From Octopus sinensis (lineage: Eukaryota): a stretch of 64,000 bases of DNA. The translations under genes were made by a program, and so were the position numbers. Numbering within the stretch: position 1 is the stretch's first letter; each line of letters opens with the position of its first letter. The stretch is from the NCBI RefSeq assembly GCF_006345805.1, contig NC_043021.1, forward strand, positions 62,001 through 126,000. Direction: 5' to 3'. The notes under the pieces are model-generated. The model saw nothing but the letters and a program-made list of their open reading frames with translations. It made no database searches and had not been told where the DNA came from. Below, piece by piece: positions 53,580 through 64,000 of this stretch.

Positions 53580-54300
53580 TATATATAGTGAAGGTTTGTA
53601 GACCGAACCGCGAAAGTCCTGCTGCTGGTACCATATAACCTAGTACTGCCCGTTTCTTAGTCAGGTGGTCCGCTATTGAACCTTGTGACCCACTTGGACT
53701 ACCAGGTGAGGAGGGCTTTGTGGTCATTCTGCTGGACTAAAAACATGACTTGTCAGAGGACGACTGAGCACATTGTGAGCCAAGGGCCAGCCAAGTGAGT
53801 GGTGTCACATAAAAACATCCTACGCGTGGGGTTGTCAAACAGTGCAGATGTTCCAAGACTGTGGAAACGAAAGTTCCTAAGAAAGACGTCGTAACTACTT
53901 CTATTTCGGCTGATAAAAGTAGTTAGCATGTCTTTCAAGAGGACGTTTGTGAGCCTGGCGAAAAGTATGCTACAAGAGTCTACAACCACGACAACCCTTG
54001 GATTCATCCCAAACCGAATGGCCCTCTTATCAATCCTAGAGAGAATAATCGCTCTTATGCGGCCTCCCTGAACACTCGTACGCTGAACCTACTCCAGATA
54101 CAAAGCGAACTGAACGCAGAGCGTTCAAGAGGTGACCGCAGTCGTTTGCGTTGAAGAACACAGAATTACTTGCGAATAGAAGGTCCTATATAACGAGGGT
54201 GTTGGTCTCCTGGTCAGCTTCCTTGCCTATGCGTATCTTGAATCTGTCACGCCCAACGCTCAACGGGTACTCATCTCCACACTTTCCAGTTGGCAACTAC
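53580..54300 (+). mobile_element. RTE-like LINE 5' UTR and start of endonuclease, decayed
   Basis: GC-richer leader followed by ASLNTRTL...EL (RTE EN start, T.NVRTL-like). Confidence 0.5.
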
Positions 54301-54600
54301 AATATTTTGCTTTTTCTTGTATACACAAACATATATATATGTGTGTGTGTGTGTATGTATATATGTGCGCGCATGTGTATGAGCCAAAATTAGGGTTAGG
54401 GTTATGCCACATGCAACCAAACATGGGACTCATTAATGGGGTTCACACTCCACTCCAATATCCCGTGTAGTACGAAGCGGGGCATCAACCCTGCTCGGGA
54501 TAGGCTACTGCGTGAAACACGACAAAAATAATAATAATATTCCTTCCTTCTGTAGACACCAGGACTGAAATTGAAGTGTGTGTGTGTGTGTGGGGGGGGG

Positions 54601-54756
54601 GTAAATCGATTACAGTGCGTAACTGGTATTTGTTTAGTCGACACTGGAAGGATGAAAGGCAAAGTCAACCTGGGCGGAATTTGAACTCAGATGGTAAAAA
54701 AGACGAATTGCCGCTAAGCCTTTCACCCGGTGTGCTAACGGTTCTGCCAGCTCGCC
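54601..54756 (-). mobile_element. SINE family B copy
   Basis: Reverse complement of consensus. Confidence 0.78.
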
Positions 54757-54974
54757 AAACAGAAAGCAGATATAATATTCCATGTTCTGTCGGACACAGA
54801 AGCTTCAGCAAAATGTTGAAATATTTATTGGAAGCCACTAACAAGGTGAGATGCATGATTCAACAACTTTTATGTAATAATTTCGGCATTTCGCTGAAAC
54901 GCGTATCTGTCCTATAAAGCATTGAATACCATACCGGTATTTTGCTTTCTTTTATTATTTATATGTGTGTATGC

Positions 54975-55022
<48 letters not shown>

Positions 55023-55059
55023 GACAGAGAGAGAGAGTTTATGTGTAAGAATAATATTG

Positions 55060-55106
55060 ACAGTTACTTCAAAGTTTCGGCCTGCTTAACCTTCATCAGA
55101 TGACTA
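55060..55106 (-). ncRNA. Hammerhead-like motif with disrupted stem I, about 520 nt into the intron after exon 55628-55782
   Basis: CTGATGA a GGTT aagca GGCC GAAA CTT tg AAG TA: intact core and stems II/III, poor stem I. Confidence 0.45.
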
Positions 55107-55226
55107 AACAAGCTGAATGTGCGAAGTGAGTCTCAACACTCTTCTTGTTAAAGAATAATAAATCTGTACCTTACAAAAAGTTTTGAGTAATCCTTCAGTT
55201 TAAATTTTAATATAACTCGAGATATT

Positions 55227-55446
55227 GGCGGCGAACTGACAGAATCGTTGGCGCGCAACCAGGCAAAAGGCTTCGTGGCATTTCATCCGGCTTTGAGTTT
55301 TGAGTTCAAATCCCCCCCGAGGCCTAGTTTGCATTTTTTCCTTTCGGGATCGAAAAAATAAATACCAGTTGAACACTGGGGTCGATCTTATCGACTTAGT
55401 CCCTCCCCTGAAATTGCTGGACTTGTGCCAAAATTTGAAACCAATA
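55227..55446 (+). mobile_element. SINE family B copy, 180 bp from exon 55628-55782
   Basis: Same consensus. Confidence 0.8.
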
Positions 55447-55627
55447 TGACTCGACATAACCAACAAATATACATACATATATATATATATAAGTGTACAT
55501 TTATAAACACGCATTCATACACATATATATATATAAACTCGGTAATTTCAGATATACTATCAACAATATAAACAGAAATATAAGTATGTATACAGTTACT
55601 GAGGTGTATTATCATAGATTATCTTAC

Positions 55628-55782
55628 CTGATAATTTCGACCACACCATCGGCAATAATGAACATTTCACGTGCAACCTCGCCTCTTCGACAAATGAGGT
55701 CGCCCGGCGTGAATATATGAGCTTTCATTTTGAGGACTAAATCATGCAAGAATTCAGGTTGGCATTCTTGGAATATAGTTAC
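55628..55782 (-). CDS. CNG channel exon: CNBD N-part VTIFQECQPEFLHDLVLKMKAHIFTPGDLICRRGEVAREMFIIADGVVEII(S)
   Basis: Acceptor ttgcag, donor gtaaga, 155 nt; F.PGD.IC.RG....EM.II cNMP-binding-domain signature. Confidence 0.96.
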
Positions 55783-56949
55783 CTGCAACGATCATGAGTT
55801 AAGGCTCGATTAAATGAAACAACGGCACCAATAACAGCAACAACAACAATAAAGACAATGCCAAGCATTTATTAGAAAGACGAAACAGACGAATATTTAG
55901 CGGAGGAATTTGGTTAATATACCAGAGCAGAGGATTTGTAGCAACAAGCTTCTACGGGATTATTCTCACTGTTAAAGATAGCAGCCAAACTGTCGTCAAT
56001 TCACACCCGGCTGTTTTCGTTAAAAGGATACACTGTATAATGTAGTCCAAGATACACTTACAATAAATAATATATAATATGGTTATGTCCAAAACAATGC
56101 TTTGATCATGCGTCTGCTTTATCAACTCTGACCTAGGGCTAAATAACAGCATCTGTTATTGACCAAGTGGCAAAGCATCTCTGGGAGTTTTTAGAGGGAG
56201 AAAACTAAATTCATTTAATATCATTTAATCCAGCGACTTAGAATTTGCTCCACCTTTGAGGCTTAAATCTACTTTCATTGGAGAAGAGCGTGAAGCCTAT
56301 AAGGTCAACACCCATTATATCACTGATACGGATTACATCGATCACATGGAGTAGGTGAAAGGCTAAGTTGGAAGATAAAGAGACGTAATTATATACTGTA
56401 TATTTTAGTTCGGCAATCGATCGATTCTTGTCATGTAACGCTTTAAATGCAACATCAAAAATAACAATGAAGGAAACATGAATATTAATAAGAAGGGGAG
56501 AGGGGGAGGCGGAGGATTTCGTTCATTTGTCCCTCCCCCTCCCCGCAGTTGACGGATGAAAGGAGAATTCTCTAAGGCATAAACTGCGGTGGGGGAGGGG
56601 TACATAGAAAATTGAATGAGGGCAAAGAAACTAATTACAACAAAAGCTAGGTCTACCATGGAGTCCAAAGAATTGAATGGTAATGATTCTGTTGTTGTGA
56701 CAAAGGTAACCACTGTCTAATCAAAGAAGCGACTGAGCCAAGATCCAAATAGCAAACACCTTCTCCAATTGTTGCCTGACCAATAAACCTACACTCAAAC
56801 CATCTTCTTTTTGCCATATTGTAGCCGTCATCCACTTTTTAATACATTCACTCGGGGGCAGCTGACCCGGTTCCCCAACTTTAAAATTCTTTCCATGTAA
56901 AACTTCAGAAAGTCGATGAGAATCCGACCAAATCGGAAACTGATTATCC

Positions 56950-57330
56950 TCAGTCGTTTAAATCTCGACAATCACCCGGCTTCATTCACTATAGTCATAA
57001 AACCCGTCTTCCCTGCCCAGTTGAAGGAGGGCGGTGGGACAATTATCATGATGGACTCGGCTAATAGCCAGATCTTTTCCACACGAGACACCAGCTGTTT
57101 GGCATAATTCCACAAATCATCAAATCCCCAGATGGTATTAAAGATCATGCAGAACAATTTCCTTGCTCCGCGCTGATTTGCTTCAGTTCCGGTTGGCAGC
57201 ACATCCGCGCTTGTGGGATTTCTCACCAACGGAAAACGCTCTTCTGTGGCTTTTACCAGGCGAAGGTTCTACACCAAAAGCCTCCCGAAACACATTAACC
57301 AGCTCGTTTTCATCGAGGCTTCATCAGTTG
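56950..57330 (-). mobile_element. Possible decayed mariner N-terminal fragment
   Basis: Weak resemblance to H.IL..HLG...C.RWVPKQL across frameshifts. Confidence 0.3.
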
Positions 57331-57633
57331 TTTCTAATATTGGCCCAAGGATATCAATTTGCGCTGGGGTGGGGCGGATAATAGATTAAATCGGCCCCGG
57401 AGCATATCCATTTCTTTAATAGTTCTGCCAATTCCGATAATAAAAAGGTGAAAAAAAAATGACTAAAACGTCAAAGAAAGGATTCGAGTCGAAAATTATG
57501 AACAAAAAAGACCAACAACTTCATGACATTTAATCCGGCACAGCAAAATGTTTGGTGAATTAACACCGTCAGAATTCACTGTCATAGAGTTTAGTCAGGC
57601 GTAAATTGATCTTTAACCAATACAGCACCGTCA

Positions 57634-57671
<38 letters not shown>

Positions 57672-57794
57672 CGTCGACATTAGCGCAAGAAAAACAACAG
57701 TAACATAAATAGAGAAAAACATCACAATGATCAACTGGAACGGTTACCAAAACAACAACAACAACAACAACAACAACATGAACAGACCAGTTAC

Positions 57795-57897
57795 CTTCTT
57801 CAAAGTGTCCAGATTAACATTTAGTGCCAATTCCGTCTTTAATTTATCCGGCAACATGCCCAAAGAACTGATGTCAAGACTACCATTCATTCTTCCT
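57795..57897 (-). CDS. CNG channel exon: C-linker GRMNGSLDISSLGMLPDKLKTELALNVNLDTLKK
   Basis: Acceptor atttctccag, donor gtaact, 103 nt (1+34 codons); LPDKLK.E.A..V..DTLKK is the CNG hallmark. Confidence 0.95.
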
Positions 57898-57918
57898 CTG
57901 GAGAAATATAAAATACAT

Positions 57919-58145
57919 TAATAACAATAATAATAATAACAATAATAATAATAATAATAATAATAATGAGAAGAAGAAGAAGAAGAAGAAGAAGAAGACG
58001 AAAAAGAAGAAGAAGAAGAAGAAGAAGAAGAAGAAGAAGAAAAAGAAGAAGAAGAAGAAAGAAGAAGAAAAAGAAGAAGAAAAAGAAGAAGAAGAAGAAG
58101 AAGAAGAAGAAGAAAAAGAAGAAGAAGAAGAAGAAGAAGAAGAAA
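57919..58145 (+). repeat. (AAT)n followed by interrupted (GAA)n just upstream (in transcript) of exon 57795-57897
   Basis: Direct reading. Confidence 0.95.
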
Positions 58146-58534
58146 TTTTATTGATTCTACTAAAGATGCAATAAAAACTCCACACAACAAACTGTCTGAG
58201 ATTTATAAGGAGTGTAAAGTGTAAGATCAATAATAATAATAATAAAGATGATGGTGGTGGTGGTGGTGGTGGTGGTGATAACGAAGACATTAATTATCAG
58301 ATAACAATCAAGAGAGGATGGTGGATTGACCTCGACTGATTCAGGGACGGACCTTGTATAACAACGGGTCGCTCCGACACACCAAATAGAAAGGCCTTCT
58401 CCACCCGGCTAGCCACACCCTTTGCCAACCCCCACACCCTCACCCAATTTTCCACTATATTCATTATAGGACAGCCCCTCCCCTACCACTCTTCTGTTTG
58501 AAAATGCTGATGATACTACTACCACTACTACTAC

Positions 58535-58726
<192 letters not shown>

Positions 58727-58729
58727 TAA

Positions 58730-58915
58730 TCTTTTCTACTCTAAGCACAAGGCCTGAAATTTGAGGGGAGGGGACTGGTCGATTGCCTCCGCCCCAGCGC
58801 TCGACTGGTGCTTATTTTATCGACCCTGAAAGAATAAACGGCAAATTTGACCTTGGTGGAATTTGAACTCGGAACGTAGAGACAGACGAAATACTGCTAC
58901 ACACTTAGTCTGGTG
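58730..58915 (-). mobile_element. SINE family B copy; further degraded copies near 4375-4460, 4930-5190, 5780-5990, 10790-10915, 33370-33490, 61330-61440
   Basis: Reverse complement of consensus. Confidence 0.72.
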
Positions 58916-59838
58916 AAGAAGCGGGAGAATTTGTTCCCTCAACACCCACACACCCACACCCACCCACCTAGAGTATTTCTTCTGCTGGTGATAGTGGTGG
59001 AGGTGGCGGTTGATGTGTGGTGGTGCTGTTCCTGCTGATGATAATGATGATGGCACTGTTATTTGTGGTGGAGGTGGCGGTGGATGTGGACGTGGTGGTG
59101 GTGATGGTGGGGCAATAAGTTTGATTGATTCTGTTTTGTACAAATATTTGGTCATAAATTAAAACAAGCGTGTGCGCGTATGTCTGTGTTTCGTGTTAGT
59201 GTGTATGTGTGTATGTAAATATGTGAGTGTGTGAGTGTGTAGATGAATCTATTTGCGCATGTCTGTGTGGTGTGAAAAGGAATGGAAACGAAATACTTTG
59301 AGAGAAATTTCCTGTTTCAAACTTCATCTGACCAACCAGAATCTTCAGAGTGACATCAATACCATTTCCCGTGCCAGAAAGGTCGTCTCTGGAGACTGGC
59401 GCGTGACAAACCTACATTCCACAGACGGCAAGGTCATAAATACCATCGAAGCACACAATATCGCCGACAGTTAGTCAACCATTGGATACCACCAGAAGAG
59501 GGTATATATTTAAGTACTTTATCGGGTCCCGTCATGGCACCCTGGTACGGACCCAACGTGGATGCGGTTGAGATAAAGAAGCAAATCGAACAGATGCTAC
59601 CACCCAGCCACCCACCAACGTAATTCTCAACAAAATTGATTAAATTTCGAAGAGCGAAATTCTTCAGCTAAAGTAAAATCCAAAAACACTAACAACAACA
59701 ACAACATAAACAACAGAAAGGACGGTGAAGACAAAAACAACAACATCAACAAACAATCACAACAATAACGAGAAGAATTGTTAGGGAACGCTCTTCGAGT
59801 CCCTCTGTTCCAATATGAGCAAGGCTAACTTTACTTAC

Positions 59839-59927
59839 CTAGACCAGACATAGTCGTACCATCTCTGGACACGCTTCTGCAGTTCTTTGGGCACGTTGTG
59901 GCTTTGCATGTAAAATTTGGCACCATC
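59839..59927 (-). CDS. CNG channel exon: C-linker DGAKFYMQSHNVPKELQKRVQRWYDYVWS(R)
   Basis: Acceptor tctctttcag, donor gtaagt, 89 nt; typical C-linker K.YM...V...L..RV..WYDY.W. Confidence 0.95.
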
Positions 59928-60254
59928 CTGAAAGAGAAACGCGTGACAATGGTATGCGATTGTGATGAAATGTATAGTTTATATCGCCAATGGTGAACTA
60001 TAGCGTCGTTGGATACAGGACTGCTAACAGGAGGCCGCTTATGGCAGCAATTCGGTGAAGAACATCACATAGCAAGAGGCAATGCTCGGAAAGTATTTAT
60101 TTTCCGGTTTTCTCGCTAATTTTTATATCTAATTATGACAAACACAGAGATATGGATACACACACACAATTACACATACACGTACAGGTGTGTGTGTATG
60201 TGTGTGTCCGTGTATATATATGTGTGTGTGTGTGTGTGGTGTGTGTGTGTGTGT

Positions 60255-61320
60255 TGGCTGTATCTGGTGATCAATGAAATGAAACCCCCAGGACAACCGT
60301 AACGATGCAGGATATCCCACATGACCTTTCTTGGGACACTGTCGAAAGCTTTTTCCAAGTCGTAGAAGATGAAAAAGACCGGTTTTTGCTGCTCCCGGTT
60401 CTTCTTCTGACGTGCACAAAAGATCATGTCGATGATGGTACGTTGGTATATATATTCATATATACAGACATCCATCCATGCATAGATACATACATACATG
60501 CAAATACACACACATACACACGTATATATACATGGATCAATGAAGATCAATCAGGTTTACTGTTGGCTAGTTGTTGGGGGGGGGGGGATATTTCTAAAAG
60601 ATGGCCACCACCCAATATCTGGTCGTTACGCAAATATTAGCACCATGTCTACGTAGGAATATCATATTTCTCAGGTTAAGAAGTTACCAGTTCCAACCAA
60701 AGACTGTCATCTCTGCACGATTACTGAACCTACAAGAAATAGTAGTCAAATATCACTCAAAGCACATTGGACAATGTATTGCAAGACGGAATTGTCACAA
60801 ATGGAACGTCTCAAAAGCATTGGTCTGTGAAATTAAAGTGGACCTGGGCTTAAACAGCCAGAGTTACTATAACTTTTATATTGCACATCAGATACTGTAC
60901 CCCCGGGGACAGTGTGATCGCCATCTGCTCCATGGCTGCCTTTATCTGTAAGGTTACCTTTAAAGCCAAATCCTCTGTTTCTTTTTCATTCCTTCCACCA
61001 GACCGGGAGATCCTGTAGGTGAATCTATGCAGGTTGCCCTTCTTTCTTCCACTAAAGCAATAATAGAGACAAGCTGAAGGAAACTTTTACCAGATTTTCT
61101 TTCGACTTGTGTCTTGAGGTCAACGAACGATCCTTGATGGTTTCTTTGGGAAATACTTGGGGAATATCAACGAATTTTCAGCAGCGAATACAGGCAGCTC
61201 TCTGTTGCCTCCGTTTAGTATTGGCGGGAGGAAATTCTCAACCAGATGCCATCTCATCGGTTGTAGCTAATTCCGTGAGTTTCTGGGTGAAAAATCCTTC
61301 CGCCCACCCTACACTCAGTA
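60255..61320 (-). mobile_element. RTE reverse-transcriptase fragments, decayed and split by microsatellites
   Basis: TIIDMIFCARQ...REQQKPVFFIFYDLEKAFDSVPRKVMWDILHRYGCP; extent toward 61320 uncertain. Confidence 0.65.
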
Positions 61321-62612
61321 ATTAACTGAGATTTTATTTATCGACACTGGGGGGATTAAAAGAAATAAAGCAAAGTTGAACTCGAAGGATTCGAACTCAA
61401 AGAGTTGCAACAAAATGTGTAGAGAGGGAGAGATTCTATGGCATTTGGCTAATTTCCTTTAACATGTGAAGTACATCGGAGTCTGACCTGGTTATGTGAA
61501 CTTAAAATAAATGCTTTGGTCATGGTTGGAGCACTTTAATCATTGGTTTGATGACAGAAACACCACCATCCCACCCTCAATAACTCTATAGAACAACAAC
61601 AACAATAGTGTTTAGTGTGAACGTATCAATTCAAATATATATTCTTCACTTAAGGATATTAGATTTTAAAACCGATATTTTAAGAAAAAAATTGTTTTTC
61701 TCTATTATATACTCTCACGTGAGTTACATCTCGTTCGAGTATATGCATATATATACATATATATATATACTTATGCGTATATGTATCTATCTATATATGT
61801 GTGTGTGTGCGTGTGAGCGTGTGTGCGAGTGCGTGTATGTGTGTGTGTATGTACATCTTTATTCACTCAGGATACTGTTTTGTTGTTGGGAGAAGGGATA
61901 TTAATTTTTGAGGAATTTTTTTTTTTTTTTGTTATTTCGTTGAATTTATTGTATTTATTGATCTTTGTTTCTGATTGTTTTTGTTATTGGTGTTTACTTT
62001 CCCAAAATTACAAATATATTTTTAGAAAAATGAAGGGTTTTTGCTTCCTTTCTTGTTTCGTGTTTTTTTTCTTCTTTTAGCTTGTTGTATTTATATATTT
62101 TTTTATTCTTGCAGCTTTTCTTGAGATTGTATTTAGGAAAATGGTTGAGGAAAGAATTCCTTTCATTCGATACACTTTTGTGGTGAATGTTCATATCCAT
62201 ACACATCTAAGTACATAGATGTGCATGTGTATGTATGTATTATGTATGTATATATGTACGTATGTATGTATGTATGTGTGTGTGTATGTATGTATGTATT
62301 GGTGCGTATGTATGTATGTAGAGGTATGTATATGAATGTATATGCGTCTATATTAGTTGTTGCATTGCCCTTGTTCTTTTACTCGTGTTCGCTTAAGTAG
62401 GTTCACACCGACGAACGCACGCTCACACATCCTTCTCGCATACGCACACACTCACTCTCAAACGCATCCATTCGCTGACGGATTCTAACTCACACACACG
62501 CAGTGTCGCATACAAAGACGCATACACATACGTACCTATTTGTGCCCGTGTGTGTGTGTGGTGTGTATTTACACACACACATACATACATACATACATAC
62601 ATACATACATGC

Positions 62613-62670
<58 letters not shown>

Positions 62671-63547
62671 AACATATACATACATACATATGTATATATA
62701 ATATGTTGTAACTAATTGATAACAGTGTGTATAGTATATTCTTTTATTCAAATCTATCCATGTATTTTCGAATATATATATATATATGATTCTTATTGTC
62801 AATAATCCATTGACGTGATGAATGATGCATACACACACTCACACACATATACATGCATACATACATACTTACATACATATTTACATGCACACACACACAC
62901 ACACACCACACACACACACACATATATATATAAACGGTGATGAGGTGTTGTTTCTATTATCAGTTCAAATAAAATATGTGAGTTTTTGTGGCTGAGGGTG
63001 ACTTTGACTCCTATTTCTAGCAATGAAGTATTTCATTTTTGAATGTAAATTTCGTCCAACCACCTTTATTATTTTATAATTATCACATGTACATATATGT
63101 ATATATATACATATATATAATATATATATATATTTTATATTTATATATAATATATAATGTGTATATATAAATATAAATATATATATATCATATATTTATA
63201 GTATATAATTATATACATAAATAATACTAATATATATATTATAAATTATCATATATATATATACACACACATACAAGCATGCACATACATACATTCATAC
63301 ATATGTGTATATATACATATGTGTATATATACACATAGACGTGTATAAACATCTTATATATAATATATATATGTATACTAATGTATGTGCATATATATAT
63401 ATGTATATGTGTATGGACATGTATGTATGCATATATGTGTATGTATGTGTGTATGTATGTATATCAGCATATCAGCGTATATGAAACGTTATGTATTGCA
63501 GTGTGTGTGTGTGTGTGTCTGTCAACAGGCTATAGACTGATACTCAC

Positions 63548-63609
63548 GAGAAGTTTTTCAAATTCTTGTCTACTTGCGTTCCTGTTGGTTATAACGTTGC
63601 CAACTTGAC
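63548..63609 (-). CDS. CNG channel exon: end of S6 / start of C-linker (G)QVGNVITNRNASRQEFEKLL
   Basis: Acceptor aatttcag, donor gtgagt, 62 nt (2+20 codons); matches the CNG post-S6 motif VG(N)V...NA.R.EF. Confidence 0.93.
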
Positions 63610-64000
63610 CTGAAATTACAACAAGCGTATATTTAAATGTCTCACGTGTATATTTATACATACATTTACATATGTGTATGCCTACATATATGCGTGAGTG
63701 CGTGTGCATGCGTGTGTTGTAAGTATATATTAAAGACAGCCTGAAAATTTAATAAATTCAATACAAACACAATCGTGTCAGATGATATTTGTAAATAAAA
63801 AATGAAATTCATCAGATACAGAAACGTATGACTACGCAGCATAATTTAAATACCATTATCTTTCGCAGAGTTGGCATAATCGATTCATTTTATATATACA
63901 TACATACATACATACATACACACATACATACATCACATACATATATATATATATATATATACATATGTATATATATAATTATATATAGACATGTATATTA

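Noticed and set aside
59253-59474. 73-aa ORF with ordinary composition
   Set aside because: No recognisable motif on either strand and no splice signals fitting the gene.

Overview
Eukaryotic, AT-rich, microsatellite-saturated genomic DNA. The SINE families and repeat style suggest an octopus/coleoid cephalopod (inference from recall, not searched). The whole window lies inside one minus-strand gene for a cyclic nucleotide-gated (CNG) channel alpha-type subunit. I traced six GT-AG exons by eye (63548-63609, 59839-59927, 57795-57897, 55628-55782, 40605-40691, 4137-4233; 593 nt). They splice in frame into the end of S6, the C-linker and most of the cyclic-nucleotide-binding domain. The 5' exons, and apparently the last exon(s), lie outside the window. 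Introns are 3.6, 1.9, 2.0, 14.9 and 36.4 kb and are filled with mobile DNA: a 5'-truncated 4.27 kb CR1-clade LINE inserted with a 5-bp target-site duplication into a Tc1 transposase remnant, plus mariner, RTE and Penelope fragments, two tRNA-derived SINE families, MITE-like palindromes and many simple repeats. The most unexpected signal is a set of minimal type I hammerhead-ribozyme motifs of Penelope/retrozyme style, some on the strand transcribed as CNG pre-mRNA and several inside inverted or tandem repeats. Nearly all entries in the supplied ORF track are microsatellite artefacts. No databases or folding programs were run.
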